Part shown: one piece after another, positions 38,374 through 51,093 of the stretch
Position numbering within the stretch: the first letter of the stretch is position 1
Layout: the number at the start of each line of letters is the position of its first letter
NCBI RefSeq assembly: GCF_039654945.1
Contig: NW_027361838.1
Span: forward strand, 24,056,001-24,120,000
DNA length: 64,000 bases
Source of the DNA: Dendrobates tinctorius
Lineage: Eukaryota
Direction of reading: 5' to 3'
Program-made: the position numbers and the translations under genes
Notes under the pieces: generated by a model
What the model was told of the DNA's origin: nothing
Seen by the model: the letters and a program-made list of their open reading frames with translations, nothing else
Databases searched by the model: none

Positions 38374-40415
38374 ATCCATTAAAGTCCTTCATTTAGAGTC
38401 TGTTTAAGGTATTGATCCACTTTTATTCTTTAACCATAATTCAGAGAGGTTCCCATTTACTATGTTATCTTTTCTATGTTTAGAGCAAAATAATATTTCA
38501 AATGGTTTGTTATGGACTGGGTTTTAGTTTCTGGCTTTCCACGATATAGGTTATAAGCTTTTCTGGAGCTGACCGGTTCACTCGAGCACACATTTAGCTC
38601 TTCATTTGGCCAGCTTCAGTGTCCCTGCAGAGACTAGGCTACCTTGCATACCATTTCAGGCCAGTAGCGTAACTGCTGCTGTGGGCCCAACTTTCAATCA
38701 AGCAGGAGCCCATCTCCTTCAGCAAGCAGAAGCCAGGTTGGCAGTGTGCTCCTGAAGGTTAAGACAACCCCTTTGCATGAGTAAAGTAGCTTTATGAATC
38801 GGGCTGTCCCATCCATTTAGCCCACCCATTTACAACCCTACAAACATCTGATTTTGCTGGGAAGACACTGCCATGTAAAGTTGTATTATATGGCAGGCAT
38901 TTAGATAATTACAAGGATTGCTCCGATTCCACCAAATCAGGAGCTTCTGTTACCAAGTGTCCCCCCTCTACCTGTGATATCCATGTATGACAGAGGGTAT
39001 CGTCATGAGACAAACTCGTTATTTATAATTATTGGGGGGCTTATTATTGGATAATGGATGAGGTGTAAAACTGCAGCGTTTCTGCACCAAACAATTGACA
39101 TGCTGCGTTTTGAAAATAGGAAATAAAGGTACTGTACAACGCAGCAGAATCTACTGCGTTTCTGCAGAGCCAAAAACGCTGCGGAAACGCAGCAGAAACT
39201 GCAAAGTGTGCACATACCCTAATGGCACTTTTATTTCCTGTGGTTTTTATTAGCACCCCCTTAGCTCCTAGATGTAAGTATACGTTAAACCCCAGTAGAT
39301 TGTGGCATCTATTTGTTTTACGTGTTAAAAATGTATACAAGTTATATTGATTTTGGTTTTCCGTGCCTGTCGCCACGATGTGCAGTAACCTGTTATATGC
39401 CGGATTCTCCGTGGGCAGTCAGAGGCATGGAAAGCTAGGCTCAGACAATCGTATGTCACTCTCCCACTCGGAGAGGCCTTTTTCTGTGCAAGCCTATCTA
39501 AACTGGATGTGGAGCCAAGGCAAACTGCAGCTATTTTTAGCAGCACTGCAGAGCAGAAACTGGCGGTGGGTCACGTGTGTCAGCCTGAATCAAAAGCGAG
39601 TATCCCAGCAATATGCAGTAAACAAAAGGTCAGTAAGAGAAAGCCAGCCATGGGTGCTGCGGAGCCGCCCCATAATCAGCCCAGCACAGCCACACACCAA
39701 AGAGGAGACTGGATGCTGCATCCACTGCAATGGAGACTGAAGGATGTGCTGGGGATTAAGGGGGCTGTGCAGATGTGTAACCACTGCTGTGCTGCAGATG
39801 GTGGAGAGCCGGCCATAGCTGGTATATGACAGTGGCCCATTCCAGGACATCTGTGCAGTAGCAGGACTAATCATAAGACCCCCTTCCTAATAAACAGGTT
39901 CGGGTAGGAGTAAACAAGCATCAGTATTGCATCAGTGTTCTTCTGTGGAAAGGGATGCATATTGATTTCACTTGTGGTTTATCAATGCCCCTGTGCCCTA
40001 ATTTATCTGGGATACAAGCAAAACATTAGAGACTGTCATGGTGATATGAAAGAAAAGTGTACTTGTGTGAATGTCAGTAATATTCTGTATACGCTAAGCA
40101 GAAGCACGGGCACGCAGGTGACAACAGCCTTCTTGTTTTCATGCACTTTGAAAGTTTGTTTCTCAACTTAGAACAGAATGGTAAATATAGGAATTACATT
40201 GTATCAAAGCCATTGCACCAAAATAAAGGCAGACTGTTTTATTTTTCAGGGGTTGGTTTACTATGCAGTGGTGAAATCAGTAGCCAAGCCCCCTCTAGTT
40301 GTACAATGTATCATTGCAAGAAATGAATCTGAGCTGTGTAACGCTACTGTGTGTGTATGGAGGCAGAGTTATCTTCCAGGCACAATATATATATCATGGG
40401 GAGGATTGTTTCTGA

Positions 40416-41305
40416 GGCTATGTGCACACGTCCGGAATTCCCGCAGATTTTGTGTTTTTGCCGCATTTTATCGCCATGTAAACGCTGCGAAAACGCATAA
40501 AATAAGCAACCCATTGTATTCAATGGCATTCCGCACATGCTGGTCTAATGCTGCGCATTTTTCCGCAGAAAAAACCCGCAGCGTGCTCATTCTTTGTGCG
40601 GAGTCACAGGAATTCCGCACACATAGGAATGCATTGTTCCCCTTACTTTCTGCATGTGGCTATGCCCACCATGCGCAAAGTAAGCGGAAAATGTGCAGAT
40701 GGTACCCACAGTCTGGAGGAGAGGAGACTGTCCTCCAGGCCATGGGTACCATATCCCTGTTAAAAAAAAAAAAAAAAAATTATAATTAAAAAATCATGAT
40801 ATTCTCACCTTCCAGCGTCCCTCGCAGTGTCCCCAGGCCTCAGTGATGCTCCCGCCAAGTCCCGTTCCCAGCGATGCCTTGCGACAATGACCTTTGACGG
40901 AGCGTTGTCGAAAGGCATCGATGGGAACGGGACTTGCCGGGAGCATCGCGAGGATCGGCGATGCTGCTTGGGACGACGGAAGGTGAGAAAAACAAGATTT
41001 TTTTTTTTTATTTTTAACTTTATATCTTTTTACTATTGATGCCGCATAGGCATCCTCAATAGTATAAAGTTGGTCACACTTGTCAAACACTGTCTGACGA
41101 GTGTGACCAACCTGTCAATCAGTTTTCCAAGTGATGCTACAGATCGCTTGGAAAATGCTAGTATTCTGCAAGCTAATCACACTTGCAAAACGCTAGTTAA
41201 AACGCTGGAAATACACGGGAATTACGCATGCGGAATTCTAGCGTATTTCCCGTGGCAGGGAGTTGCGGAAATTTCCACGGGAATTCCGAATGTGTGCACA
41301 GAGCC
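40416..41305. mobile_element. Harbinger-like non-autonomous element
   Basis: GGCTATGTGCACACGTCCGGAATTCCCG / CGGGAATTCCGAATGTGTGCACAGAGCC, TGA TSD. Confidence 0.85.
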
Positions 41306-41617
41306 TGAAAGATAACTTTGCCTCCAGAGATTATTTTACATGAAGGGGAGTTACCAGTGTGTGACGAGTAACTAACAGAACAGGAGAAATGAAATTTACC
41401 TTCTTGCAAGCACATTTTCTGCTTCTCTCTCAGCTCTGCTGTATTGTACCAATATTACAAAACTGACAGTCATTGAGCTGGAAGCTAAAGCTGAGAGGAA
41501 CCAGCAGATGTGTCAGGTATAATCACACAGCTCTGCAGTGAGATCAGGAGAGCAGAGAGCCACCATCACACTGATCACACTGCTAACCATTACACATCAC
41601 ACTGGTGACCGTTACAT

Positions 41618-41837
41618 AAAAAATGAAGAGGAGCAGCATCCAATGAAAAAGACCATGCTGTGGTCGAAACGTTGTATATTCTGATGGCAAAATAAACTTC
41701 TGAACACTTTCACCCGGATTGGATGCTGCTCCTCTTCATTTTTTTTTTTTCTGGATCTTTCATGTCCAGTTGGGTCTTTGGACTTGGAGCGTGCATCTCC
41801 TTGATCCTGAACGAGCTGTCGGCTGCTATTTCCTATG
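41618..41837 (+). mobile_element. Short Penelope-type insertion with 5' inverted duplication and variant hammerhead relic (41644-41674)
   Basis: TSD ACTGGT(G/A)ACCGTTACAT (41601-41617 and 41838-41854). 41618-41644 is the reverse complement of 41718-41744. Core TGAAAAA-GACC atgctgt GGTC-GAAAC GTTG, followed by AATAAA. Confidence 0.75.
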
Positions 41838-43976
41838 ACTGGTAACCGTTACATGTCACACTGGTAACGCCCCTTCATGTAAAATAAGCTCTGGAGCCTG
41901 AGTGATCTCCAGGCACCATCCGCCCCATAGTCTGGAAGAGATCACTTATATAAAAGATGATTTCGCCGCAACAAGGCATCTGATGTGAGAGACACAGGGA
42001 GGACTGTTTGCAGCATTCTATAACCTGTATGGCTGTATTAATAGTTTTAGATGGGTCAAATATGGTGACACTCCCTTTAAGATGTGGACAGGTTTTTCCA
42101 CCATGTGCCTTGTTCTTTGCCTTGTGAAGAAATAATATTCTTTTCTGACTATGATCTGCACTTTATTGATTTTGTATGTTTATTTTTGTGTTTTGGGGTA
42201 ACTTTAGTACTAGCAGAGGAAAGATGTTCCACTAACCAGCCATTACAAAGTAACCAAGATGTTCTTGCAGGTAGAGCTCCCTTGCTTTTAGGCCTGGCTT
42301 ACGATATGGCCTCCCTTCATACTTTGGATTATAATGTGGGTTAGTTGAGGTCCTTTTGCATACACATTTCTGTATGCAAGAACTTTTCTGTGTTTCCTCA
42401 AGAGATGCAAATCACATTTGGCAGCTGCGCTGTGTAGATCATTACAGTGTACGGAGAGGGTGTGAACAACTGGACAGGAAGCAGGAACCGTTAATTTTAT
42501 GCAGCTTCCAAACAAGATGAGATTTCTTGTGCAATTATTAAAGAGACCCTGTTATTAGATTTATGCAGCCCGAACCATTGCAAGAATCAGAACCTGGGTT
42601 TTCAATGACAGCATGGTATGTTTAACTGTGAAGCACTGCAACTTTTCAGAGTAAACCTATTTTGAACAGTTGGACTACAGGAAGAGATCTGATTAGTCCG
42701 ATGACGTGGCCGGCTAACTTCTTCCCCCTCCAGTTGATTGACCGGTCTTTCCCTATATACACACATTCATGGAAAAGACCTAGCGATCAAATGGACCAAT
42801 GGAGGAGAGAAGCCGGCTGGGGAGGCTCTCGCTAATGTCCCTCACTTTTTAAACTGTCTACTCTGAAATGCTGCTGTGAATCAGAGGTAAGGTCGTGCTC
42901 ACATATAGAGTAAATGCTGTGTTTATTTATTGCATATTTTCTGCAGTTGTCCTCCCCATAATATACAACAATCATCCCTGATTATTGTTTTTGTTGTGTT
43001 TTTTTTTTTTTTTTTTGTTTTTTTAACTGTGCTTTCCTCTTTAAAAATGCTTCACATCTGCACCAAAAGCGCATCAAATAATGTGGTGGGGGTTTTTTTG
43101 TTTGTTTTTTTTTAAGCATGCAAAAGCGTTGTTTGTAGACTTAAAAATGCTGCTGTTTTTTATTTTTTTAATTCTAGAGTTATGTAGGATATACAATACC
43201 AGGGTTCTAGTCCCCTAATGTCAAAATGTGTTTACTTTTACATATTTATATGATTAAAACAAATAAAATGTAGAATTATACTGTAGTGAGAAAAATATGT
43301 TTCTATCCTTGGACCCATTGAAGCACAGACAGGTGTGAAACGGCTGTCGTCTGCTACATGTGCCACTCTCTCCCATGCCAGACTTTTTAGTGATGTGAAT
43401 ACATTTTGGATGTTTATACTGAAGCGGTGAGTGGCACTACTTTCTTCATTTTTGTAGAACAATAAGTGTCCACTTGCAGACGTCAGGGCTCAGTAAGGAC
43501 AATATGTGCTAATATACCTTTAATAATAATAATGCAGGTCTTCGTAACTGTGTAGTCCAAGTAGTAAGAGTCATATAATTAATGTATTAGGTGCTTAATG
43601 CATGCATGAAGTGTGCTCACAGTTAATACACATCATCATAAATCATCAGTTAGCTAGTACAAATATTCAATACGAGTGCCAATTAATATACACGTACATA
43701 TATCTGACCTCTGTATCCTAGATGTTGCTTACACGTGTTAAAGAAAATGACCAAGCTGTCAATTAAAATGAAAGGGTTATTATTTTTTCCATAGAGGTCT
43801 ATAGAGAATGGCGCACAGTTAAACAGCTGCTATAAGCACACAGAGGACATGGGGTTTCAGGAAATCACATCCACTTTTGCTTGGATTGTTACACAGTAGA
43901 TTTTCTATAAAAAAAAACAGCCCTTGTGCTTCTTGTGAACATGCCCTAAAACATACCAGGCTGCATTGCACAGTCA

Positions 43977-44309
43977 GGCTGTGTGCCCACGTTGCGTTTT
44001 TTTTTTTTTTTAAGCGTTTTTGATGCGTTTTTCGGGGTCAAACCGCATCAAAAATGCTTAAAAGAAGCCTCCCATTCATTTTAATGCATTTTGAAAAAAC
44101 GCTTAGCGGTAAAAAAAAAAAAAGCAGCATGTTCATTAATTTCCGCTTAGGTCCGCGTTTTTGGCTATTTCCTATAGTCCAAAAGACGCGTGGAAAAAAC
44201 GCATCAAAAACGCGCTTTTTTTGCGGAAAAAAGTGCAAAAAAAAGCGTGTTTTCTGGGAAGGAGACCCATTTCCTGAGCGTTTAAAAACGCTAACGTGGG
44301 CACATAGCC
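43977..44309. mobile_element. Harbinger-like MITE
   Basis: GGCTGTGTGCCCACGTT / AACGTGGGCACATAGCC, flanked by TCA and TTA. Confidence 0.8.
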
Positions 44310-44854
44310 TTAGTCTGTGCTTTGTGCTGCCGCATGCATCTAATGACAGATTTTACTTTAATAATGGGTTTTTTTCCTGTATCTTTCATTTTGTATCTCG
44401 TGACCATTCCATATTGAGGACTACAGCCTTGTGCTTTTTGTAATGCACTTATGTAGGTAAATCGTGCATGTGCCATGTACACAGAATTTCAGCAGACGGT
44501 TGTGTGAAAGTCTTGGTATACATTGCACCGCTGTGCAGTGCAGGCCTATGGGTTGTGCTGGACCTTGTAGTAATCTGTGTATTAGAACATTTCAGACCTG
44601 AAAGTATTCACTCTTTCTAGGCTATGATCCTTATAAGAAGTTTTAGCACACAACTTCGACTATAGATTTCTAACCAGTGGTGTTTTCATTTTCTGCGTCC
44701 GCTGCTGATCCTAGTTTTAGGTGTGCATGAAATCTTGTGGCCCGTATAGCCAATAAAAGATTGGAAAATAGCAATGTGAGGTTGCTTTGTCGGCTGTAGA
44801 CAAGGGACAGGGTGGTGCCCCTGTAATCAGAGACAGAAGCATAATGAGTAAATA

Positions 44855-45470
44855 CCCTGCAGTAAATAAATAAGCAGCATAGTGCATGAAAATAAGGTAA
44901 TATACGGTATTTACGGTAGTGATCATGTTTTTTGATTTAAAAAAAAATACGAGAGCTATCCCACCAAGTCACGGTGACCATAATTGGGACAGTCCTAACT
45001 CTAATATTAAAAATATTAAAACCTTACTATTTGTCAAGTAAGATGCATGCGGATAAGGGCTGAGATGGACTGAGCCCAACTAGTGGACACACAGCCATGG
45101 AAGACTACATCAATATATTGCCCAGCTCAAAGGAAAAGCAGGCCACAGCTTTATATGCACATGGTGCAAACAGAAAAAAAATGGTATGAACTGGGACATA
45201 AACTGGTGTTGCATGCAGCGTGTAAGGTTTTAATAATAGGACTGTCCCAGTTACGGTCACCATGGCGAGGTGGGATGGTTTTCGCTTTTTTTTTTTTTTA
45301 AGCAAAAAAACTTGTTAACTAAATACCATATATTATTTTCATGCACTCGGCTATTTATTTACTGCAGGGTAGTTGATCATTGTTTGTCTTTGTTTTTTTT
45401 CTGTTGAGTGGCCATTGTGAGCATGTGCTTGCACGCTGCATGCACACCAGTTTATGTCCCAGTTCACATC
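44855..45470. repeat. Nested inverted-repeat element, possibly Penelope-derived
   Basis: About 44855-45027 is inverted to about 45222-45370, and 45185-45223 is inverted to 45431-45468. Confidence 0.6.
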
Positions 45471-46935
45471 TTTGGGTTTTTACGCCTGTTATCAGGGCTA
45501 GTGGGGTCCTGATAACAATCAATAGTGCAGGAATGGCTGGAGGTGCTGTGGGGTTTATAAGTGAAATAGTGGTGAAAGAATAGAGCACTGATTTTTCTTG
45601 GGACACAGACGTACTCCTGTTTTTTATTTTTTGTTTAGTGTTTTTGCATTCGGAGAAAACAATCTGACCGGTGACCTGTGAACGACCACTGTGTTGTGAA
45701 TGAAAGTATATCATTCCAAATCTGTTTGTAGGCTGATGAGGTTTCATTGTCTGATTTCAAAGACGTCTCTTGATTATACGCACATCAACTCATATATGCA
45801 CATCAACTCATCTGAACAGGACAAGCTGCAGTATAAAGCATGGGGGAATATATCCAGTCTGGAGACAGGATTTTAGATGGCCACAAATCATATACTGGAC
45901 AGTATAGCAAAGCTACTGACAATATATAAAGTAAAAGATGTTTCCATGGTGACTTTTAACTAAAAGCACAACTCCAAAGCTGATGAAACTTTGAGACATT
46001 TCATGCTATGACAGCTGGATAATGTAGTTCTCCGCTGGAAGTCCTATTTTATCAGTGAACAGCTTTTTTGGGGGGGGTGTAAACTAATGTGTTGGGTCAT
46101 CTACACAGTGTAAGTGCCATTTTCTTTGTCTTGCACATAGCTGTGTGAAGTCTATATTTATAGTAAAAGTTCTAATAAACAGTTTATAGCCAGATTCTGC
46201 AGCTCCTTGTTTCCAGTTGTTACATCACTGTGCTCCATGACTCTGTTGCCACCTACTGGTTTGTTTTGGTAATAGTTTGTGGGTAACATTATTACTTTAG
46301 CATTTATTTTGTTCTTCACAGATTGTCTCCTATTTCAGCTCCTCTAATGTCAAGCCAGTCATAGATCCTCTTTTTCTACCACAAAGGCTGACACACCACG
46401 CCACAGTTACACTACCAAAAAGCACATCACTGATCTGCTTGGTGATCTGCAAATATTTTCTCCTTAATGTTGAATGAAGAAAATATTGTAAATTGTAAAC
46501 AGCACCACCTCACTTTCGTGATGCTATTGATTACTGGGCTACAGTATGTTCTAATTTCCATGTGAAATAAATATCAGAACTGTTCCATTTCTAAATATAC
46601 ACAAACATCTCATCGCCACAAATGTGCAGTCATTCATTGACCTTTTTAGCACGTTTTCGGGGCTGATGCCAGATGCTGCAACAACATTTGATAGCCCATG
46701 GGAGGTCCGGTCCAGAAATAAAGATGGAAGAGAAGAGGAGGTTAGGAAGATTTTAAGAAAAACAAAGGATCATTTTTAAACGTTAACTCTTTCATGTCCC
46801 TTTCACTTTGAGCAAGTACAGTATGCACTGGCGGCTCAGCACGGCACCGTGCACTGGCGGCTCAGCAGAGCAGCATGCACTGGCGTTCCGCTTTTTCTGT
46901 CTACTATATAAAATAGTGTACTATACTAATCCTTA

Positions 46936-47254
46936 GGCCGGGTTCAAATTGCGTTATGGCAGTTCATCTAACGGACTGCGTTACACCGCGGCATAACGCG
47001 ATGTAACGTATCCGTTAATGCTGCCATACACTGCCATAACGCGGCGCATCACTAGCGCATGTCCTAATCGGCATGTGTTAGCCATGTGCCGTCATGCTGT
47101 GACGGAACCTCAGGCGCAGGCTGCAGCATTCGAGGGTATGGAGCATCTGCGCTAACGTGATCGCATAACGCAATCCAAAAAAGGCAATTGCGTTAGCGCA
47201 GTTCGTTTAACTTAAACGTTGAAGAGACTGCCCTAACGTAATCTGATACTGGCC
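46936..47254. mobile_element. Harbinger-like MITE
   Basis: GGCCGGGTTCAAATTGCGTTA / TAACGTAATCTGATACTGGCC, TTA TSD. Confidence 0.65.
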
Positions 47255-49805
47255 TTAGAATGAAACACACATACTGCACGGTTTACCTTATTACAGTATG
47301 ATGCAATGGCGCACCAATGCCTGTACACAGTGGTATACATCAGAGCCTTCCATCTGAGGTGTAAGTCAGGAAATTTGTCTAGCTTATATTTCCAAAAGGA
47401 GGTTAATGTGTAATGTGAACAGAGCATGAATATTAAAGAATTAAATACCTGTAGCTTTTGTTGTCAGTTTAACATCCCTGTGAGGAAATGTGTAAAGAGA
47501 CTAGAATGTGCTAAGAAAAAAACTATTTAAGACCGTATATTTCTATAACTGATTCTTGGCCTACACCCCAATTTATTTATTTTTATTATTTCGGGTTGTC
47601 CAACAAAAAACCCATGCTCAGGGGCGAACACACATTGTGCACAATCCTTGTGATTATTTGCGCATAAGGCAAATTTTGCTCAGCGGCTTTCATGGCTGCT
47701 GTAATATTGCACTGTTATTTTTATGGTCCTTGTAGTGAATGATGAGTAATGCTAAAAACTTACCAGTAGTGTTGCAGCAGAAGCTGTATTTAGTTTAGTT
47801 TAAAGGGATTGTTGAATGGGAACAAAATCTATTTCTATCTCAAATGTACAAAATGAAACTAATATTCTTTATCAAATCCAGTCCGATCATCCTATATCAG
47901 ACGCCCTCTCCCCTTGGTGCCAGACTCTCTCCACTTTCTCACTCAATGAAACACTGACAAGGAGCTTTCTTCCCTCCTTCACTGGCGGCACATGGAGAAA
48001 GGGCCTGGCTGACCGGCTCAGTGTGGTATGTAAATCACCCCCTATTTGTGCATCTGCTGTGATGGAGAGGAGGGAGCACCCAACCCGACTCCGACTGAAT
48101 ACGGAAGTGGAGTGTGTGGTACCAGTCGAGGATGATCACGCAGATTTGATTTAAAACGCAAAACAAAATACAATTATAAGTTGAATTTAAATACCATACA
48201 TTTGTTTACCTTTAAATCTGAGCAAATATAAGGGACAATTGCAAACAAAAATGCCCAAAAATTCTGCCTTTAAATTGTCAGATTTTTTTACACATCACTA
48301 AACACTTATAAGAATTTTTTATTTTTTTAAATAATGGTTAATCAGATTTCTGAAATGCACCACATTTGTCAGTGGTGTACACTATTATTTTGGACCAAAA
48401 TGTTAGCATAAATTCAGCGAAGAGGTGTGACCCAAGGAAAAGTATCCAACATAGCGAGCAAGAGGTCGAGACGCTTGTCCTACAAAATGCATCATGGTGT
48501 TAAATGTGGCACAGTTTCTGCCTGCATCCTGTTAATAAATCTGCCCCATGTCTTCTTCTAGATGTACAGGCTTGTTATAGAACATGCATTAAATACCTTT
48601 ATTAATATCAGTAAAGAAATCGTATCTCCTCTATTGTCTGGGCGATTAGAAGCCGGGAGGTGAGGAGGGAGCGAGCTCCTCTGTTTATTGTAACGTTGTC
48701 CTAGTTATGTGTGTGCGGTGAGATGTAGAACAGGTACTTCAGTGTGCACAGCCGTGTTTATGTAGCTCAGTTTTGGGAGGATATGCAACTGCAAGTATTT
48801 TTAGAACACTTGGCCATCTTGTCTGTGTCTGTGCATGTATATGTGCATTTATCATTTCCAGGCTCTCTGCACTAAATCTGTTTTTTATAACTGTCAGCGA
48901 GATATTCCTGTCTATATAAACTCCACCATCCTAATTTACACCAGGGTGCAAATGTTAAACTTCCACAGCCATTGAGGATCTGTTTGTTTAAAAAGAAGTG
49001 GATTACAAAGACCCTTAGTTCGGTAAGGCTCGGACTCGCCTAATCTGCAGTCTTCCAAGCATTGCGCCTTTACTTGTGTCCTTTATATCGCCATAGCATT
49101 CATCATTGAAGCTGGAAATCGGACTGGCGTGCTTGATGATTTGTTTTTCACTCCTGTTACTGGGATTGTAGGCTGTAGAATGACTGAAGCAACAAAGGGT
49201 ATCTGAGGCGAAGCCCAGTGGAGGAAACTTAGCAAAATCAGGGCACAATATGAACAAATGCTTTGTCTCACGTCCATTACAGCTGAAGCCCTGTTGATGA
49301 ATATATCCTTATCTACATATAATCGCCACCTGGCCGCTGTCACCGAATCCCATAATGCACCGTGGCAGTGTCACTTGCTGAATACATTACAGCAGCACAG
49401 CCAGAAATCAGACTCCACCCACACATCACCTGGTCCTGATGTCATCACAGGTCCTTCAACCCAGCTGCTATCAGTCACCACCCACACTCCGCCCACACAC
49501 TTCCCTCCTCCCGATCTGCAGCGTTTCATCCGTAGCAAAACTACAGATCTTTTTTAGACCTGCGGTTTTGCTGTGAAAGTGCCCGACTCAATGCAAGTCA
49601 GTGTGTGTAGAAACGCTGCAGATCCACACAAAGAACTGACATGCTGCGGAAAATAAAACGCTGCTTTTTTTTACGCAGCGTGTGCACAGCGTTTTTGGAT
49701 TTTCCATTGACTAGCATTATGTGCACTGCGGATTTAATGCAATTCCGCGCGTCCAAAAACGCCGCGGAAACTCATCAAAATCCGCAATGTGTGCACATAC
49801 CCTTA

Positions 49806-51093
49806 ATAGCGGAAGGAGGGAGGGGAGTAGCATCTTTCGAAGAGGCCCAAAGTTTCCACAACTTGGTGATTTTGGATCTGGATATATAGTTTGGAGCAAG
49901 ATGAAACTCCAGATGAAAAGGAGTATTGATTTTATCCCAGAGACAGAGATGGAGGAAACGGAGCTCTTCACGTAGCAGCAATACATTGTCTAGCAGCTAT
50001 AAAGGCATGTACCACCGTAATCTGTGCCCATATTTGGAACTGCTAGGGCAGGGGAAGGGGTAGTTTGGGCATCTATTAGCTCAGATATCAAATCAAAAAC
50101 ACCCACCCAGAACACTTGAATCAGGGGGCAATACCAGAAGTTATGAAGTTCCCACAGAACCACATCCCTTCCAGCACAAAGGAGACTGACTTGGAGAACT
50201 ATGAGCTAGTCTATCTGGGGTCAAATACCATCTCATACGCACCTTTTTCAATTGTTCTAAATGATTTATGCAACTTGAAGAAGTATGCATGCAACTAGAG
50301 GCTTCCTGCCATTCCACAATCGAAAAAGAAAGGCCAAGATCTCGTTCCCATCTCGCCATATACGGCCAGCGTTCCACATGACCAGGTCAAAACCCCGTAG
50401 ATTATAGACAGGCCTTTCAAAATAGTATCAGTACGCTCAAAGTACTTAAAGATAAACTAGGTTTCTTATTAAATAATTGGGGGGAGCAAGGAAGTGTCTG
50501 ACCTGGAGGTATTCATGAAAAAAAATTCCATTCTAATTTATGGGTCATCATCAGAGATTCAAAGGAAAGAAGTGATTTGTTATTAAATAATTCCGCTAAG
50601 GAAGTGACCCCCAACCTATACCAATTGCTCAAATTGAGGTGTGGGATATGAGCCTCCACTGCTTTAACGGAAATTTTTTGCGAGGGATGAAAAGTCACCC
50701 GATCCCACCCAGAGCCTCCATACAAAGTGATGACTTCATATTTGGGAGAATTGGATTCAAATTAGTCGGTGATAAAAGTTCAGCTTCCAAAAGAAGTCTC
50801 GTAGAGCCCTTCCATGCAAAACAATTTTCAATTTGGAGCCATCTATGTGAGGACGCCTGAGACCACCAGATCCCCACGCTCAAGTATTGCTGCCCTGTGG
50901 TAAGCCATAATATTGGGAGCACCCAGTCCTCCCCAGATATAACTGCAAACCATAGATTTATAAGCCACTCTGGCCCTCTTTGCCCAAATACATTTCCCGA
51001 TAAGCGATTGGAGTTTTTGAATTAATGGCCTGGGAATTTTTAAAGGGATACAAAGAAAAAAATATAAAATTTTTGGTAAAAACACCATCTTAA
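49806..51093 (-). pseudogene. L1/Tx1-type LINE ORF2, C-terminal part (decayed)
   Basis: KMVFLPKILYFF, GGLGAPNIMAYHRAA, RWERDL, RWYLTPDRL, CWKGCGSVGT (Zn knuckle start) and KLWKLW. Confidence 0.88.

Noticed and set aside
40178-40789. 203-aa ORF and similar ORFs over MITEs (24353, 26115, 54127)
   Set aside because: They span non-coding MITEs, homopolymer runs or the N gap and show no protein motifs.
49130-49191. Box C/D snoRNA-like TGCT-TGATGA...CTGA-AGCA
   Set aside because: Box C lacks the 5' purine, the stem geometry does not give a canonical K-turn, and no C'/D' boxes or rRNA guide are recognisable.
49015-49257. Minus-strand 80-aa ORF with an internal acceptor-like site
   Set aside because: No recognisable homology or partner exons; length is within chance expectation.
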